A DNA stretch of 64,000 nt from positions 2,720,001 through 2,784,000 of the forward strand of contig CBDCXL010000002.1 of assembly GCA_965223795.1 (NCBI GenBank). Reading direction: 5' to 3'. Origin of the DNA: Nitrospinales bacterium. Lineage in GTDB: Bacteria > Nitrospinota > Nitrospinia > Nitrospinales > VA-1. Below, one piece after another: positions 50,921 through 64,000 of the stretch. How positions within the stretch are numbered: the stretch's first letter is position 1; every line of letters begins with the position of its first letter. The notes beneath the pieces were generated by a model. That model did not search any database, was not told the origin of the DNA, and was given only the letters and a program-made list of their open reading frames with translations. Both the position numbers and the translations under genes were made by a program.

Positions 50921-51760
50921 TTGAAGAAAAAAAACAGAACCCCGCGAACCCGAAAAAAAGCTGCGTCACCCCGGAGTGCGAAAGAACGGACGGTCACGGT
51001 CTGGGATCAGGCGGCGGCCTGGTACGACAACCTCGTGGGGACGCGCGGCACCGACTTTCACAAAAAAATAATTCTGCCCGGCGTGCACCGGCTGCTGGCG
51101 TTGAAAAAAGGCAGCCGGGTGCTGGATCTGGCCTGCGGCCAGGGCGTCCTGTCCCGCTTTCTCGCACAGAAGGGAATGAAAGTCGAAGGGGTCGATGCTT
51201 CCGAAGAGCTGATCCGCTTTGCCCGCGGCCGCAGCAAAACGGGCGTGCGCTACCACATCGGCGACGCGCGCGATGAAGCCGCGGTTCCTGAAAACCGCTT
51301 CGACGGCATCGCCTGCATTCTCGCGCTGCAGAACATGGAAGAGCTGGAACCGGTGTTCGACAATGTCTTTCGCGGCCTCAAACCGGGAGGGCGTTTCGTG
51401 ATGGTGGTGACGCATCCGTGTTTCCGCATTCCCCGCCAGAGCCACTGGGGCTGGGACGAGGAAAAGAAGCTCGAGTACCGCCGGGTCGACCGCTACGCGT
51501 CGGAAATCTCCATTCCCATCGTCACGCCGCCCATCGCCACCTCCAAGGTGTTCACGCTCACCTACCACCGGCCGCTGCAAAGCTATTTCACCGCGTTGGC
51601 CGAAGCGGGGCTGCTGGTGGACGGGCTGGAGGAATGGGTGTCGAACAAGACCAGCGAGCCGGGCAAACGCGCCAAGGCGGAAAACCGGGCGCGCAAGGAG
51701 ATCCCGCTGTTTCTGGCCATCCGGGCGGTGAAGCCGCAAGAAGAGACTCAGACAGGATAA
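50921..51760 (+). CDS. Class I SAM-dependent methyltransferase
   Basis: VLDLACGQG, GVDAS, LKPGGRF...HPCF and YHRPL; start uncertain. Confidence 0.9.
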   Translation: MKKKNRTPRTRKKAASPRSAKERTVTVWDQAAAWYDNLVGTRGTDFHKKIILPGVHRLLALKKGSRVLDLACGQGVLSRFLAQKGMKVEGVDASEELIRFARGRSKTGVRYHIGDARDEAAVPENRFDGIACILALQNMEELEPVFDNVFRGLKPGGRFVMVVTHPCFRIPRQSHWGWDEEKKLEYRRVDRYASEISIPIVTPPIATSKVFTLTYHRPLQSYFTALAEAGLLVDGLEEWVSNKTSEPGKRAKAENRARKEIPLFLAIRAVKPQEETQTG

Positions 51761-52075
51761 CAGGATAAAAAAACAGAAAAGCAGGTTTTGCGCAATGACG
51801 TAAAGGAAAAAGCGAGACAGGATTAACGGGACAAAAGTGGAATGGGAGGGGTAAAAAGCGAAAATCGGTTTTAACCGCAAAGACGCAAAGGACGCAAAGA
51901 AATACTAGAAACGAAAACTCAACTATCCCTCAAGCCACCTCCAGTGTTTTAATGAGCGAGTGTCGAGCTATGCTCGACCTCCCCTGGAGGGAGAGGGCAG
52001 CCCCTGAGTCATCCTGAGCCCTTCGGCAAGCTCAGGGCAGGCTTGTCGAAGGACGAAGGGGCTGGGTGAGGGGGA
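51751..52075. repeat. Composite intergenic repeat module, copy 2, with nested palindromic elements
   Basis: Contains the same 16-bp and 21-bp blocks as 29028-29090, a GGAGGGAGAGGG..GGTGAGGGGG element, and the GTCATCCTGAGC..TTGTCGAAGGA element related to 15838-15893. Confidence 0.8.
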
Positions 52076-52262
52076 TTTGATAGGATTCTTCCTCGTTTAT
52101 GGTGATCTCCTTGAGGAATGACTTTTTTGTACCTACCTTAGCTTGTCGGAGAACGAAGTGGACGGGAGAAGGACATATCCCTCTGCGGATGAATCCTTTA
52201 TGGCGGGTAGTCGTCTAAACCTTTATTCATAAGGTTTGTTTCATTTTCAGGGATCGCGTCGC

Positions 52263-52640
52263 ATGCCCAGCTACACCTACGAATTGCAGGAGCCCGACAT
52301 CCTGCTGTCCAACATCCGCCAGGGGCTGGTGGCCCTGGGAGGCGACTGGCATGAGATCGCGCCGCTGATGCGCGAGGGGCACGTGGAGTACCGGCCCATC
52401 CGGGCGAACCCGATGCGCTCGGGCTACCGCTACGAGTACAAGCGCGCGAAGCTCGATCTCAACCTGTATTTCCCCGAACCGGTGTTCGAGACGCTGCACG
52501 CCTTCCTCGACGGGGAAAAGCTGGAAGTCCTCAAAGCCGTGGTGCAGGGAGCGCTCCCCAAACGCTCCGGCTATGACCTCCACACCTTCAAGATCCTCGG
52601 TATCATTGAGGAAACGGGGAAGGGCGGAGAAGTTTCCTAG
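52263..52640 (+). CDS. Hypothetical protein
   Basis: 125-aa ORF with strongly host-like (GC3-rich) codons. Confidence 0.7.
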   Translation: MPSYTYELQEPDILLSNIRQGLVALGGDWHEIAPLMREGHVEYRPIRANPMRSGYRYEYKRAKLDLNLYFPEPVFETLHAFLDGEKLEVLKAVVQGALPKRSGYDLHTFKILGIIEETGKGGEVS

Positions 52641-52648
52641 TAAAGCAA

Positions 52649-55861
<3,213 letters not shown>

Positions 55862-55994
55862 CGATCGAAAGGTCCGTGTATCTGGAAGAGGGAGAGTGTG
55901 CGGCCCGGACTGCGTGCGGAGAGCCGTTGTGCCGGAATTGAAACTGCGTTCTCTTTCGGGCCGATTCTTCCCCGGTCCGAAGAGTTCGATCATA

Positions 55995-56912
55995 TCATTG
56001 TTTTGACGGGCTTAACAATGCCTGCAGGATGGCTTTTTGAACATGCAGACGATTTTCCGCCTGATCGAAGACGATGGAGCGCGGGCCGTCCATCACTTCG
56101 GCGGAAATCTCCATGCCGCGGTGCGCCGGCAGACAGTGCATCACCCACACGTCCTCGGCGGCGGCGTCGACCAGTTTCCGGTCGATCTGGTAGGGCTTGA
56201 GCTTCTCGTTTTTTGCCTGCGCCTCGCCTTCGTGCCCCATGCTCACCCACACATCGGTGTAGAGCACATCGGCGTTGTCCGCGGCGGCCAGCGGATCTTC
56301 GAGCACATCGATGCAGCCCGAAATTCCCAGCTCCTCGGGCCGCCTGGGTTGACAGCCCGGCGGGCTGGCGACGGCGACGTGGAAACCGAGGGTCGCCGCG
56401 GCGATCATCCAGGAATGCGCGACGTTGTTGCCGTCGCCGATGTAGGCGACCTTGAGATTGTCCAGATGGCCGCGCTTTTCCTGAAGGGTGAACAGGTCCG
56501 AGAGGATCTGCACCGGATGGTTGTGGTCGGTGAGCCCGTTGATCACCGGGATGCTGGCGTGTTTTGCGAGCTCCACCACTTCCTGATGGTCGTGGGTGCG
56601 GATGAGGATCGCGTCCAGGTAGCGGGACAGCACCTTCGCCGAATCCGCCAGGGTCTCGCCGCGGTTGAGCTGCATCTGCTCGGCGCTCAGAAACAGGGCG
56701 TGGCCGCCGAGCTCGAACATGGCCACCTCGAAGGAGATGCGCGTGCGGGTGGACTGCTTGCCGAAGATCATCCCCAGCGACCGTCCCTTGAGGGGATGGT
56801 GCGTTTCCCGGCGGGAACGGTTGCGTTTCAATTCGGCGGCGGATTCAAACAGCGCGAAGATGTCCTCGCGGGTCAAGTCGCTGACGGCGATGAGGTCTTT
56901 TTTCATGAGCAC
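55995..56912 (-). CDS. argF: Ornithine carbamoyltransferase
   Basis: STRTR, HPVQ, TDVWVSMG, HCLP and QAENRLH. Confidence 0.97.
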   Translation of the reverse strand: MLMKKDLIAVSDLTREDIFALFESAAELKRNRSRRETHHPLKGRSLGMIFGKQSTRTRISFEVAMFELGGHALFLSAEQMQLNRGETLADSAKVLSRYLDAILIRTHDHQEVVELAKHASIPVINGLTDHNHPVQILSDLFTLQEKRGHLDNLKVAYIGDGNNVAHSWMIAAATLGFHVAVASPPGCQPRRPEELGISGCIDVLEDPLAAADNADVLYTDVWVSMGHEGEAQAKNEKLKPYQIDRKLVDAAAEDVWVMHCLPAHRGMEISAEVMDGPRSIVFDQAENRLHVQKAILQALLSPSKQ

Positions 56913-56916
56913 CGCC

Positions 56917-58116
<1,200 letters not shown>

Positions 58117-58389
58117 GATCGGGGGCGTCCTCAGAAGGCTCCGAGCCTGGGCCAAAGGGGAAAATTTATCACAATTTCAGGTTGATGAACATAACAAATG
58201 ATTTCATAATTCCCGCGTGTCCACATTGAATTTAAACGGGTTTGCGGCTGCCTGCCGCGGTTTCGGAGGGCTGAACAAAGGAGAAAGTCCGAATCCGGCA
58301 ATGCGGCCCTAAGGCGGCGCCGGCAAATTCGCTCTCTGAAGAGGAGTGCGGAAGCGCGGCGCCGAAAACCGTTGCGCAGGAAAAATCGC

Positions 58390-59148
58390 ATGCGTGTGCA
58401 GGATCTGTTTTTAAAACCGCACTGGGGGACAAAGGTCCTCAAAGCAGTGCTTCAGGCGCTCTTCCCGAGAAAGTGCGTTCACTGCGGAAAAAATGCGGTG
58501 GACGGATACCTGTGTGAATGGTGCCGCAAGGACATCGCCTTCATCGAGGCGCCTTATTGCAGCCGCTGCGGTTTTCCGGCGGACGTTGATTATGAATATC
58601 CCACGGGGGAATTTGAATGCGGTCCCTGCCGCAAACGGCCGTTCGCGTTTGACCGCGCCCGTTCGCTGGGTGGATACGATGGTGTGCTCAAGCAGTTGAT
58701 CCACCATTTCAAATATGAAAAGCAGATGGGAGCGGTGGCGGAAATCGTTCCGTTATTGGCTGTGTATTTTTCATCTCAGGATGCGAATTTCTGGCAGGGG
58801 TTTTCGGTGTCGCCGGTGCCGCTGCATTTTAAGAAGATGAAGGAGAGGGCGTTCGATCAGTCGTTTCTCATCGCGCGGGAAACGGCGCGGACGCTCGGCC
58901 TGCCGCTGGCCAACGGACTGTTGCGCCGGGTCCGGGAGACGGAGCCGCAGGCGATGAAAACCAGGGCGGAACGGCTGCGCAACGTGCGCGGGGCGTTCGC
59001 TGTGGACCGTCCGGACCGTGTCGCGGACCGGGACATTCTGCTGGTGGACGATGTGATGACGACCGGCGCCACCGCCAATGAGGCGGCGCGGGTTCTGAAA
59101 CGAAACGGCGCGAACCGGGTGCATGTGTTCACCCTGGCCCGCGCCTGA
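58390..59148 (+). CDS. comF: ComF family protein (double Zn ribbon + PRTase)
   Basis: Four CxxC motifs, PVPLH, NVRGAF and LLVDDVMTTGAT; start uncertain. Confidence 0.9.
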   Translation: MRVQDLFLKPHWGTKVLKAVLQALFPRKCVHCGKNAVDGYLCEWCRKDIAFIEAPYCSRCGFPADVDYEYPTGEFECGPCRKRPFAFDRARSLGGYDGVLKQLIHHFKYEKQMGAVAEIVPLLAVYFSSQDANFWQGFSVSPVPLHFKKMKERAFDQSFLIARETARTLGLPLANGLLRRVRETEPQAMKTRAERLRNVRGAFAVDRPDRVADRDILLVDDVMTTGATANEAARVLKRNGANRVHVFTLARA

Positions 59149-59172
59149 TCGGTGTGGCGGTGTCTGAACGTT

Positions 59173-60498
59173 TTACCTGAGACCGGCGGTGAGAAACCAC
59201 CAGGAGCTGATGCTCAGGAAATAACCGACCGCGATGGCCGGCGCCCATTTGAGATGCGACATGAATGTGTAGTTCTCGCGGTCGACGCCCATCACGGCGA
59301 CCCCCGCAGCGGAACCGACGGACAGCAGGCTGCCGCCCACGCCGCAGGTCAGCGTGATGAGAAGCCACTGGTCGAGTCCCATGGCCGGGTCCATCTTGAG
59401 GACCGCGTACATGACGGGGATGTTGTCGACGATGGCGGAAAGCACGCCCACGATGATGTTGGAGGTGGTCGGCCCCAGGGTGCCGTACATGTTTTCGCTG
59501 ACCATGGCGAGGTAGCCGATGTACTGCAGGGCGCCCACCGCCGTCAGAACGCCGAAGAAAAACAGCAGCGTGTCGAATTCCACGCCCTCCACCTTGCGGA
59601 AGATGTCGAATCGCGGGGTCTTGCGGCGGCATTCCTCAACTCCCAGCTCTCTCATCATGGGCATGTCCCCCCAGCGCTTGAGGTAAAACCCGTACAGCAT
59701 CAACGCGCCCAGCCCCATCATCATGCCCATGAACGGGGGCAGGTGCAGGACCTGGTGAAAGCTCACCGCGGTGGCGATGGTGAGGATGCCCAGGCCGATG
59801 ATGACCTTGGCGCCGTGTTTCAGCTTCACTTCCTCAACCTTGCCGTCGGGTTTTTCATCCGGCACGAAAGGATACATGATGAGCGCCGGCACGATCCAGT
59901 TGACCACGCTGGGGATCATGAGATAGGAAAATTCCAGGGTATGCACTTTGCCCGCGGTCCACACCATGAGGGTGGTGATGTCCCCGAAGGGGCTCCAGGC
60001 ACCGCCGGCGTTGGCGGCGACCACGATGTTGACGAACGCCGGCACGATGAACTTTCTGTTGCCGCCGCTGACAGCCAGCGCGACCGTGGACATGAGCAGG
60101 GCGCTGGTCAGGTTGTCGGCCAGAGGCGACAGGAAAAATGTGATGATGCCGGTGGCCCAGAACAGCTTGCGAAATCCCATTCCTTTTCGCAACAGCCAGG
60201 ACCGGAGCGACTGGAACACGTTGCGTTCGTCCAGCGTGTTGATGTAGGTCATCGCCGCAAGGAGAAAAAAGAACAGCTCCGCGATTTCGGCGATGAGTTC
60301 CTTGATAAAGTCGTGCGCGTGCCCTTGGCCGTGGCTCGCCTCATAAAATCCGATCAGCATCCACATGAAGCAGCCGATGAAGATCACCGGCTTGGATTTC
60401 CGCATGTGGATTTTTTCTTCGAAGATGACCAAAATATAGGCTAAAGAGAAGCAGATCAGCGCTGCGTAGCCTGCCCAGGTGGCGGTTAGATTTGACAT
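59173..60498 (-). CDS. nhaD: Na+/H+ antiporter NhaD
   Basis: EE..HMRKSKP, AMTYIN, ADNLT, AANAGGAWSPFGDITTLMVW, DNIP and GSAAGVA.MG. Confidence 0.93.
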   Translation of the reverse strand: MSNLTATWAGYAALICFSLAYILVIFEEKIHMRKSKPVIFIGCFMWMLIGFYEASHGQGHAHDFIKELIAEIAELFFFLLAAMTYINTLDERNVFQSLRSWLLRKGMGFRKLFWATGIITFFLSPLADNLTSALLMSTVALAVSGGNRKFIVPAFVNIVVAANAGGAWSPFGDITTLMVWTAGKVHTLEFSYLMIPSVVNWIVPALIMYPFVPDEKPDGKVEEVKLKHGAKVIIGLGILTIATAVSFHQVLHLPPFMGMMMGLGALMLYGFYLKRWGDMPMMRELGVEECRRKTPRFDIFRKVEGVEFDTLLFFFGVLTAVGALQYIGYLAMVSENMYGTLGPTTSNIIVGVLSAIVDNIPVMYAVLKMDPAMGLDQWLLITLTCGVGGSLLSVGSAAGVAVMGVDRENYTFMSHLKWAPAIAVGYFLSISSWWFLTAGLR

Positions 60499-60873
60499 AA
60501 CATCCCTTATATCAATTAAATCGAAAGATTGGTTCGTTGGACGAAAAGACGGGGTCTGGAGCTTGAGTATATAGATTAACAGCTATTTTCATGGAATAAA
60601 AGCCATTATCTCCTTAATTTTGAATAACATACGGCCATGTTCGCATATCTGGCGGCTGGGCTGGCCGGTCCTGCTGCTGTGAACGCTTGAAAATCCGGCG
60701 CATTTCCCAGATCGCGCCCCTGCTCAGCCCGTCAGCGCGTTTTACACGGCGTTTTTCTCACTAGCGCAGAATTGTTATCTGTTCCTGTGTGGATGGGGCT
60801 GGAAACCGTGGCGGAGGGGCTAAAACGGTAGGACGCCTTGACCGCAGACCCCCAACTCATCAAATACGGCCGC

Positions 60874-60902
60874 ATTATATAGTAGAGATTCTCCGGGGTG
60901 AA
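60874..60902 (-). promoter_or_regulatory. Putative sigma70 promoter for nhaD
   Basis: TTCACC-17 nt-TATAAT on the minus strand, about 375 nt upstream of the nhaD ATG. Confidence 0.45.
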
Positions 60903-61115
60903 ATGTTTTCGCTATGGGGAAGCAGATCGATTCGCAACCGTTTCCGGTGTAGAAAGGATGCGGGGAGCCATTGATCTGTATTGGAAAAACTTGATTGTAA
61001 TTCATTGGAAATTGTTAAAAACTTAACTGAAATTGCTGGTTCGCATTGGGGACGAATTTCGCCTTAGTGCCTAAAAACTAACGGCTTTTTAGGACTTTAG
61101 GGCTCAGAAATTAAG

Positions 61116-61143
61116 TTGACTGTGTCAGGATTTGTGGTACCAT
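61116..61143 (+). promoter_or_regulatory. Putative sigma70 promoter for ispA-dxs
   Basis: TTGACT-16 nt-TACCAT with a TGn extension. Confidence 0.55.
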
Positions 61144-61210
61144 TTGCGCTGTTGCCATTGGGCGAACCATATCGATAGAAGTGAAAACTTTTTTGAGTTC
61201 AATAGGATAA

Positions 61211-62110
61211 TTGCAAGATTTTGTCTTAGCGCAATATCTTTCTGATGGCAAAAAGATCATTGACAGCGCAATAGCTGATTTATTGCCCGCGGAATATAGC
61301 TATCCCGAAAGCATTCATAAGGCGATGGCTTACAGCGTTCTCGCAGGCGGAAAGAGATTGCGTCCGATACTTGTAATCGCGGCAGCCGAAGCCGTTGGAG
61401 GAGACCGGCGAGCTGTCCTGCCCTTTGCGGTTGCTGCCGAATTCATTCACACATACACCCTGATCCACGACGATCTTCCTGCGCTGGACAACGACGACAC
61501 GCGCAGGGGAAAGCCGACCAATCACAAGGTTTTTGGAGAAGCCCTCGCCATTTTGGCGGGGGACGCGCTGCTGACCGAAGCCTTTGTATTGATGACGCAT
61601 TCCCGGCTTATGGATGGGGTTTCTGAAAGGAATATATTAAAAGCAACGCATGAGATGTCGGTGGCCCTGGGTTCGGGAGGCATGATCGGAGGACAGGTGG
61701 TCGATCTGGAATCCGAAGGAAAACCCATCGAACCCGAGACCCTGGAGTATATTCATATATACAAAACAGGTCACCTGATCCGGGCGTGCATCCGTTCGGG
61801 CGCGATTTTATGCGGGGCAGAGCAGCAACAGCTCAATGCCCTGTCCCGTTACGGCGCGCATATCGGTCTGGCTTTCCAAATTGTTGATGATATTCTTGAC
61901 ATTACCGGCGATGAGGCCAAGTTAGGAAAAGACGTTGGCAGCGACCTGGGAAAGGACAAGGCGACGTATCCTGCGCTTTACGGGCTGGATGAATCGAAGA
62001 AGAAAGCGGAAGAACTTGTTGAAGAAAGTATTGCCTGTTTGGAATCATTCGACGATCGGGCCGATCCTCTTCGAGAGATAGCTCGGTTTTTTGTCCAACG
62101 TTCATTTTGA
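61211..62110 (+). CDS. ispA: Farnesyl/geranylgeranyl diphosphate synthase
   Basis: GGKRLRP, LIHDDLPALDNDDTRRG, GQ..D, KTG and FQIVDDILD; upstream of dxs. Confidence 0.94.
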   Translation: MQDFVLAQYLSDGKKIIDSAIADLLPAEYSYPESIHKAMAYSVLAGGKRLRPILVIAAAEAVGGDRRAVLPFAVAAEFIHTYTLIHDDLPALDNDDTRRGKPTNHKVFGEALAILAGDALLTEAFVLMTHSRLMDGVSERNILKATHEMSVALGSGGMIGGQVVDLESEGKPIEPETLEYIHIYKTGHLIRACIRSGAILCGAEQQQLNALSRYGAHIGLAFQIVDDILDITGDEAKLGKDVGSDLGKDKATYPALYGLDESKKKAEELVEESIACLESFDDRADPLREIARFFVQRSF

Positions 62111-62121
62111 CTGGGTACACT

Positions 62122-64000
62122 ATGAGCAAGATTTTAGAACAAATCGACGGTCCCGAAGATCTGAAGCTGGTCAAACGGGAAGATTTGCCTCACCTTGCAA
62201 AAGAAATCCGGGAGATCCTGCTACAAGTGATTTCGAAGACCGGTGGACACCTGGCGTCCAACCTGGGAGTGGTGGAACTCACTCTTGCGATGCATTACGT
62301 CTTCGACAGTCCCAGGGATAAATTCGTCTGGGATGTTGGGCATCAAACCTACGTTCATAAACTTCTCACCGGAAGAAAAGATAATTTCAACACCCTGCGC
62401 CAGTACAACGGGCTGTGCGGGTTCACGAAACGGGATGAGAGCATCCACGATCACTGGAACTGCGGTCACGGGGGCACCTCCATTTCCGCCGCTCTGGCTT
62501 TCGCGAAGGCGCGGGATCTGAAAAAGGAATCCCACGATGTGGTGGCGGTCATCGGCGACGGTTCGCTCACGGCCGGCATGGCGTTCGAAGGCCTCAACCA
62601 CACGGGCCACATTCAAAACGACATGATCGTCGTGCTGAACGACAATGAAATGTCGATCTCGGCCAATGTGGGCGGCATGTCCGCGCATTTGAGCAAAATC
62701 CTCACCGGCCAGGTGATGACGAAGATCAAGCAGGAAGTGGACGAACTGCTGCTCGCCATCCCCGGAATCGGCAAGGAGATCTCCCGCTATGCCCACAGAA
62801 TCGACGAGGCGATCAAAGGCGTGTTCATCCCCGGACGGCTTTTCGAGGATCTGGGTTTTCGCTATATCGGACCGGTGGACGGTCACGACGTGGACACGTT
62901 GATCGACACCTTCTCTTCGCTGCGCGGGCTTCATGGGCCGACGCTGCTGCACGTGGTCACGCGCAAGGGCAAGGGCTACGAGCTGGCCGAGGAAAAGGCC
63001 GACGTGTGGCACGGCGCCAAGCCGTTCAACATCGCCACCGGACAGTTCGTCAAAAAGAAAGCCAATCCGGCGTACACGCAGGTGTTCGCCGAGACTCTGA
63101 TCGAGCTGGCCAAAGAAGATGAAAAGATCATCGGCATCACGGCGGCCATGCCGGATGGCACCGGCATCAGCAAGTTTGGCAAGGTGTTCCCCGAGCGCAC
63201 GTTTGATGTGGGCATGGCGGAGCAGCATGCGGTTTCGTTCGCCGGCGCGCTGTCCATCGAGGGGTTCCGCCCGGTGGCGGCGATCTACTCGACCTTTCTG
63301 CAGCGGGCGTACGATCAGGTGGTGCACGACATCTGCCTCATGGATCTGCCGGTCACGTTCGCGATGGACCGGGCGGGGATCGTGGGCGAGGACGGGGCGA
63401 CCCACCAGGGTCTGTACGACATCGCATTTTTGCGCACCCTTCCCAACATGGTGGTGATGGCGCCCAAGGATGAGAACGAGCTGCGCCACATGCTGAAAAC
63501 CGCGATCTACCATCCGGGACCCGCCGCTCTGCGCTATCCGCGCGGTTCGGGACTCGGCGTGGCCGTCGATGCGGAGATACAGTGTCTGCCGATCGGCAAG
63601 GGAGAGGTGCTGCGCGAGGGCACCGACATCGCGATTTTCGCGTACGGCCACATGGTGGCCCCATCGCTGGATGCGGCCGACCTTCTGGAGAAAGAAGGGC
63701 TGAGCGTGGCGGTCATCAACGCGCGCTTCGCCAAACCGGTGGACCGGGAGCTGGTGCGGCGGTTTGCCGAAATCACGCCCTGTCTGATCACCGTGGAAGA
63801 GCATTCCCTGAAGGGCGGGTTTGGTTCCGCCATCCTGGAAGTGCTGCAGGAGGAGCGGCTCACCGAAAGCGCGGCGCCCAAATGCATCGGGCTGGAAGAC
63901 ATCGTTCTGGAGCACGGCGCGCCGAATCTGCAGCGCAAGGATCTCAAGCTGGATCCGCAAGGCATTTTCGAAACCATCCTGGCTCACTACCGGCAGGTCA
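62122..64000 (+). CDS. dxs: 1-deoxy-D-xylulose-5-phosphate synthase; 3' end runs off the window
   Basis: Not in the ORF track. From ATG at 62122: MSKILEQIDGPEDLK...GGHLASNLGVVELT, WDVGHQTYVHK, IGDGSLTAGMAFEGLN, FDVGMAEQHA and YSTFLQRAYDQVVHD. Confidence 0.98.
   Translation, partial: MSKILEQIDGPEDLKLVKREDLPHLAKEIREILLQVISKTGGHLASNLGVVELTLAMHYVFDSPRDKFVWDVGHQTYVHKLLTGRKDNFNTLRQYNGLCGFTKRDESIHDHWNCGHGGTSISAALAFAKARDLKKESHDVVAVIGDGSLTAGMAFEGLNHTGHIQNDMIVVLNDNEMSISANVGGMSAHLSKILTGQVMTKIKQEVDELLLAIPGIGKEISRYAHRIDEAIKGVFIPGRLFEDLGFRYIGPVDGHDVDTLIDTFSSLRGLHGPTLLHVVTRKGKGYELAEEKADVWHGAKPFNIATGQFVKKKANPAYTQVFAETLIELAKEDEKIIGITAAMPDGTGISKFGKVFPERTFDVGMAEQHAVSFAGALSIEGFRPVAAIYSTFLQRAYDQVVHDICLMDLPVTFAMDRAGIVGEDGATHQGLYDIAFLRTLPNMVVMAPKDENELRHMLKTAIYHPGPAALRYPRGSGLGVAVDAEIQCLPIGKGEVLREGTDIAIFAYGHMVAPSLDAADLLEKEGLSVAVINARFAKPVDRELVRRFAEITPCLITVEEHSLKGGFGSAILEVLQEERLTESAAPKCIGLEDIVLEHGAPNLQRKDLKLDPQGIFETILAHYRQV

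Noticed and set aside
58170..58215. ARG boxes upstream of argD
   Set aside because: The region is AT-rich with TGAA/TTCA half-sites, but the spacing does not fit the ArgR consensus.
60570..60615. Fluoride (crcB) riboswitch upstream of nhaD
   Set aside because: The GGAGATAATGGC start is only superficially similar, and the conserved 3' GCUGAUGAC-type segment is not present.
62221..63987. 588-aa minus-strand ORF
   Set aside because: Antisense shadow of dxs, which the ORF track missed because it lacks a stop codon within the window.

Overview
A GC-rich bacterial chromosomal window made up mostly of housekeeping genes. The gene set is reminiscent of a Nitrospina-like bacterium, but that is an unverified impression. 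It contains an ABC exporter (truncated at the left edge), an aldo/keto reductase, a DEAD-box helicase, a thpR-recA-recX-pilD operon, several exported proteins and lipoproteins, dtd, a nuoABCDEFGHIJKLM operon whose nuoN lies about 16 kb away on the opposite strand, sfsA, argD-argF-MscS-like-tgt, comF, nhaD, ispA and dxs (truncated at the right edge). I found no rRNA, tRNA, CRISPR array, integrase or transposase. The most unusual items are: (1) a 2673-aa exported beta-propeller/TPR protein with a degenerate internal CHAT domain and an intact C-terminal CHAT protease; (2) an exported dihaem-c/FGE-family fusion that keeps a CX4C pair; (3) a PLA2-like lipoprotein with His-Lys instead of His-Asp; (4) a 2TM + DUF5919-like + jelly-roll protein just upstream of the nuo promoter; (5) a composite intergenic repeat module present twice in the same order, once with nested palindromic elements; (6) three single-gene AT-rich islets (barstar-like, frameshifted phosphatase, DUF6869-like). 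All family calls come from motif recognition by eye; no database search was run.
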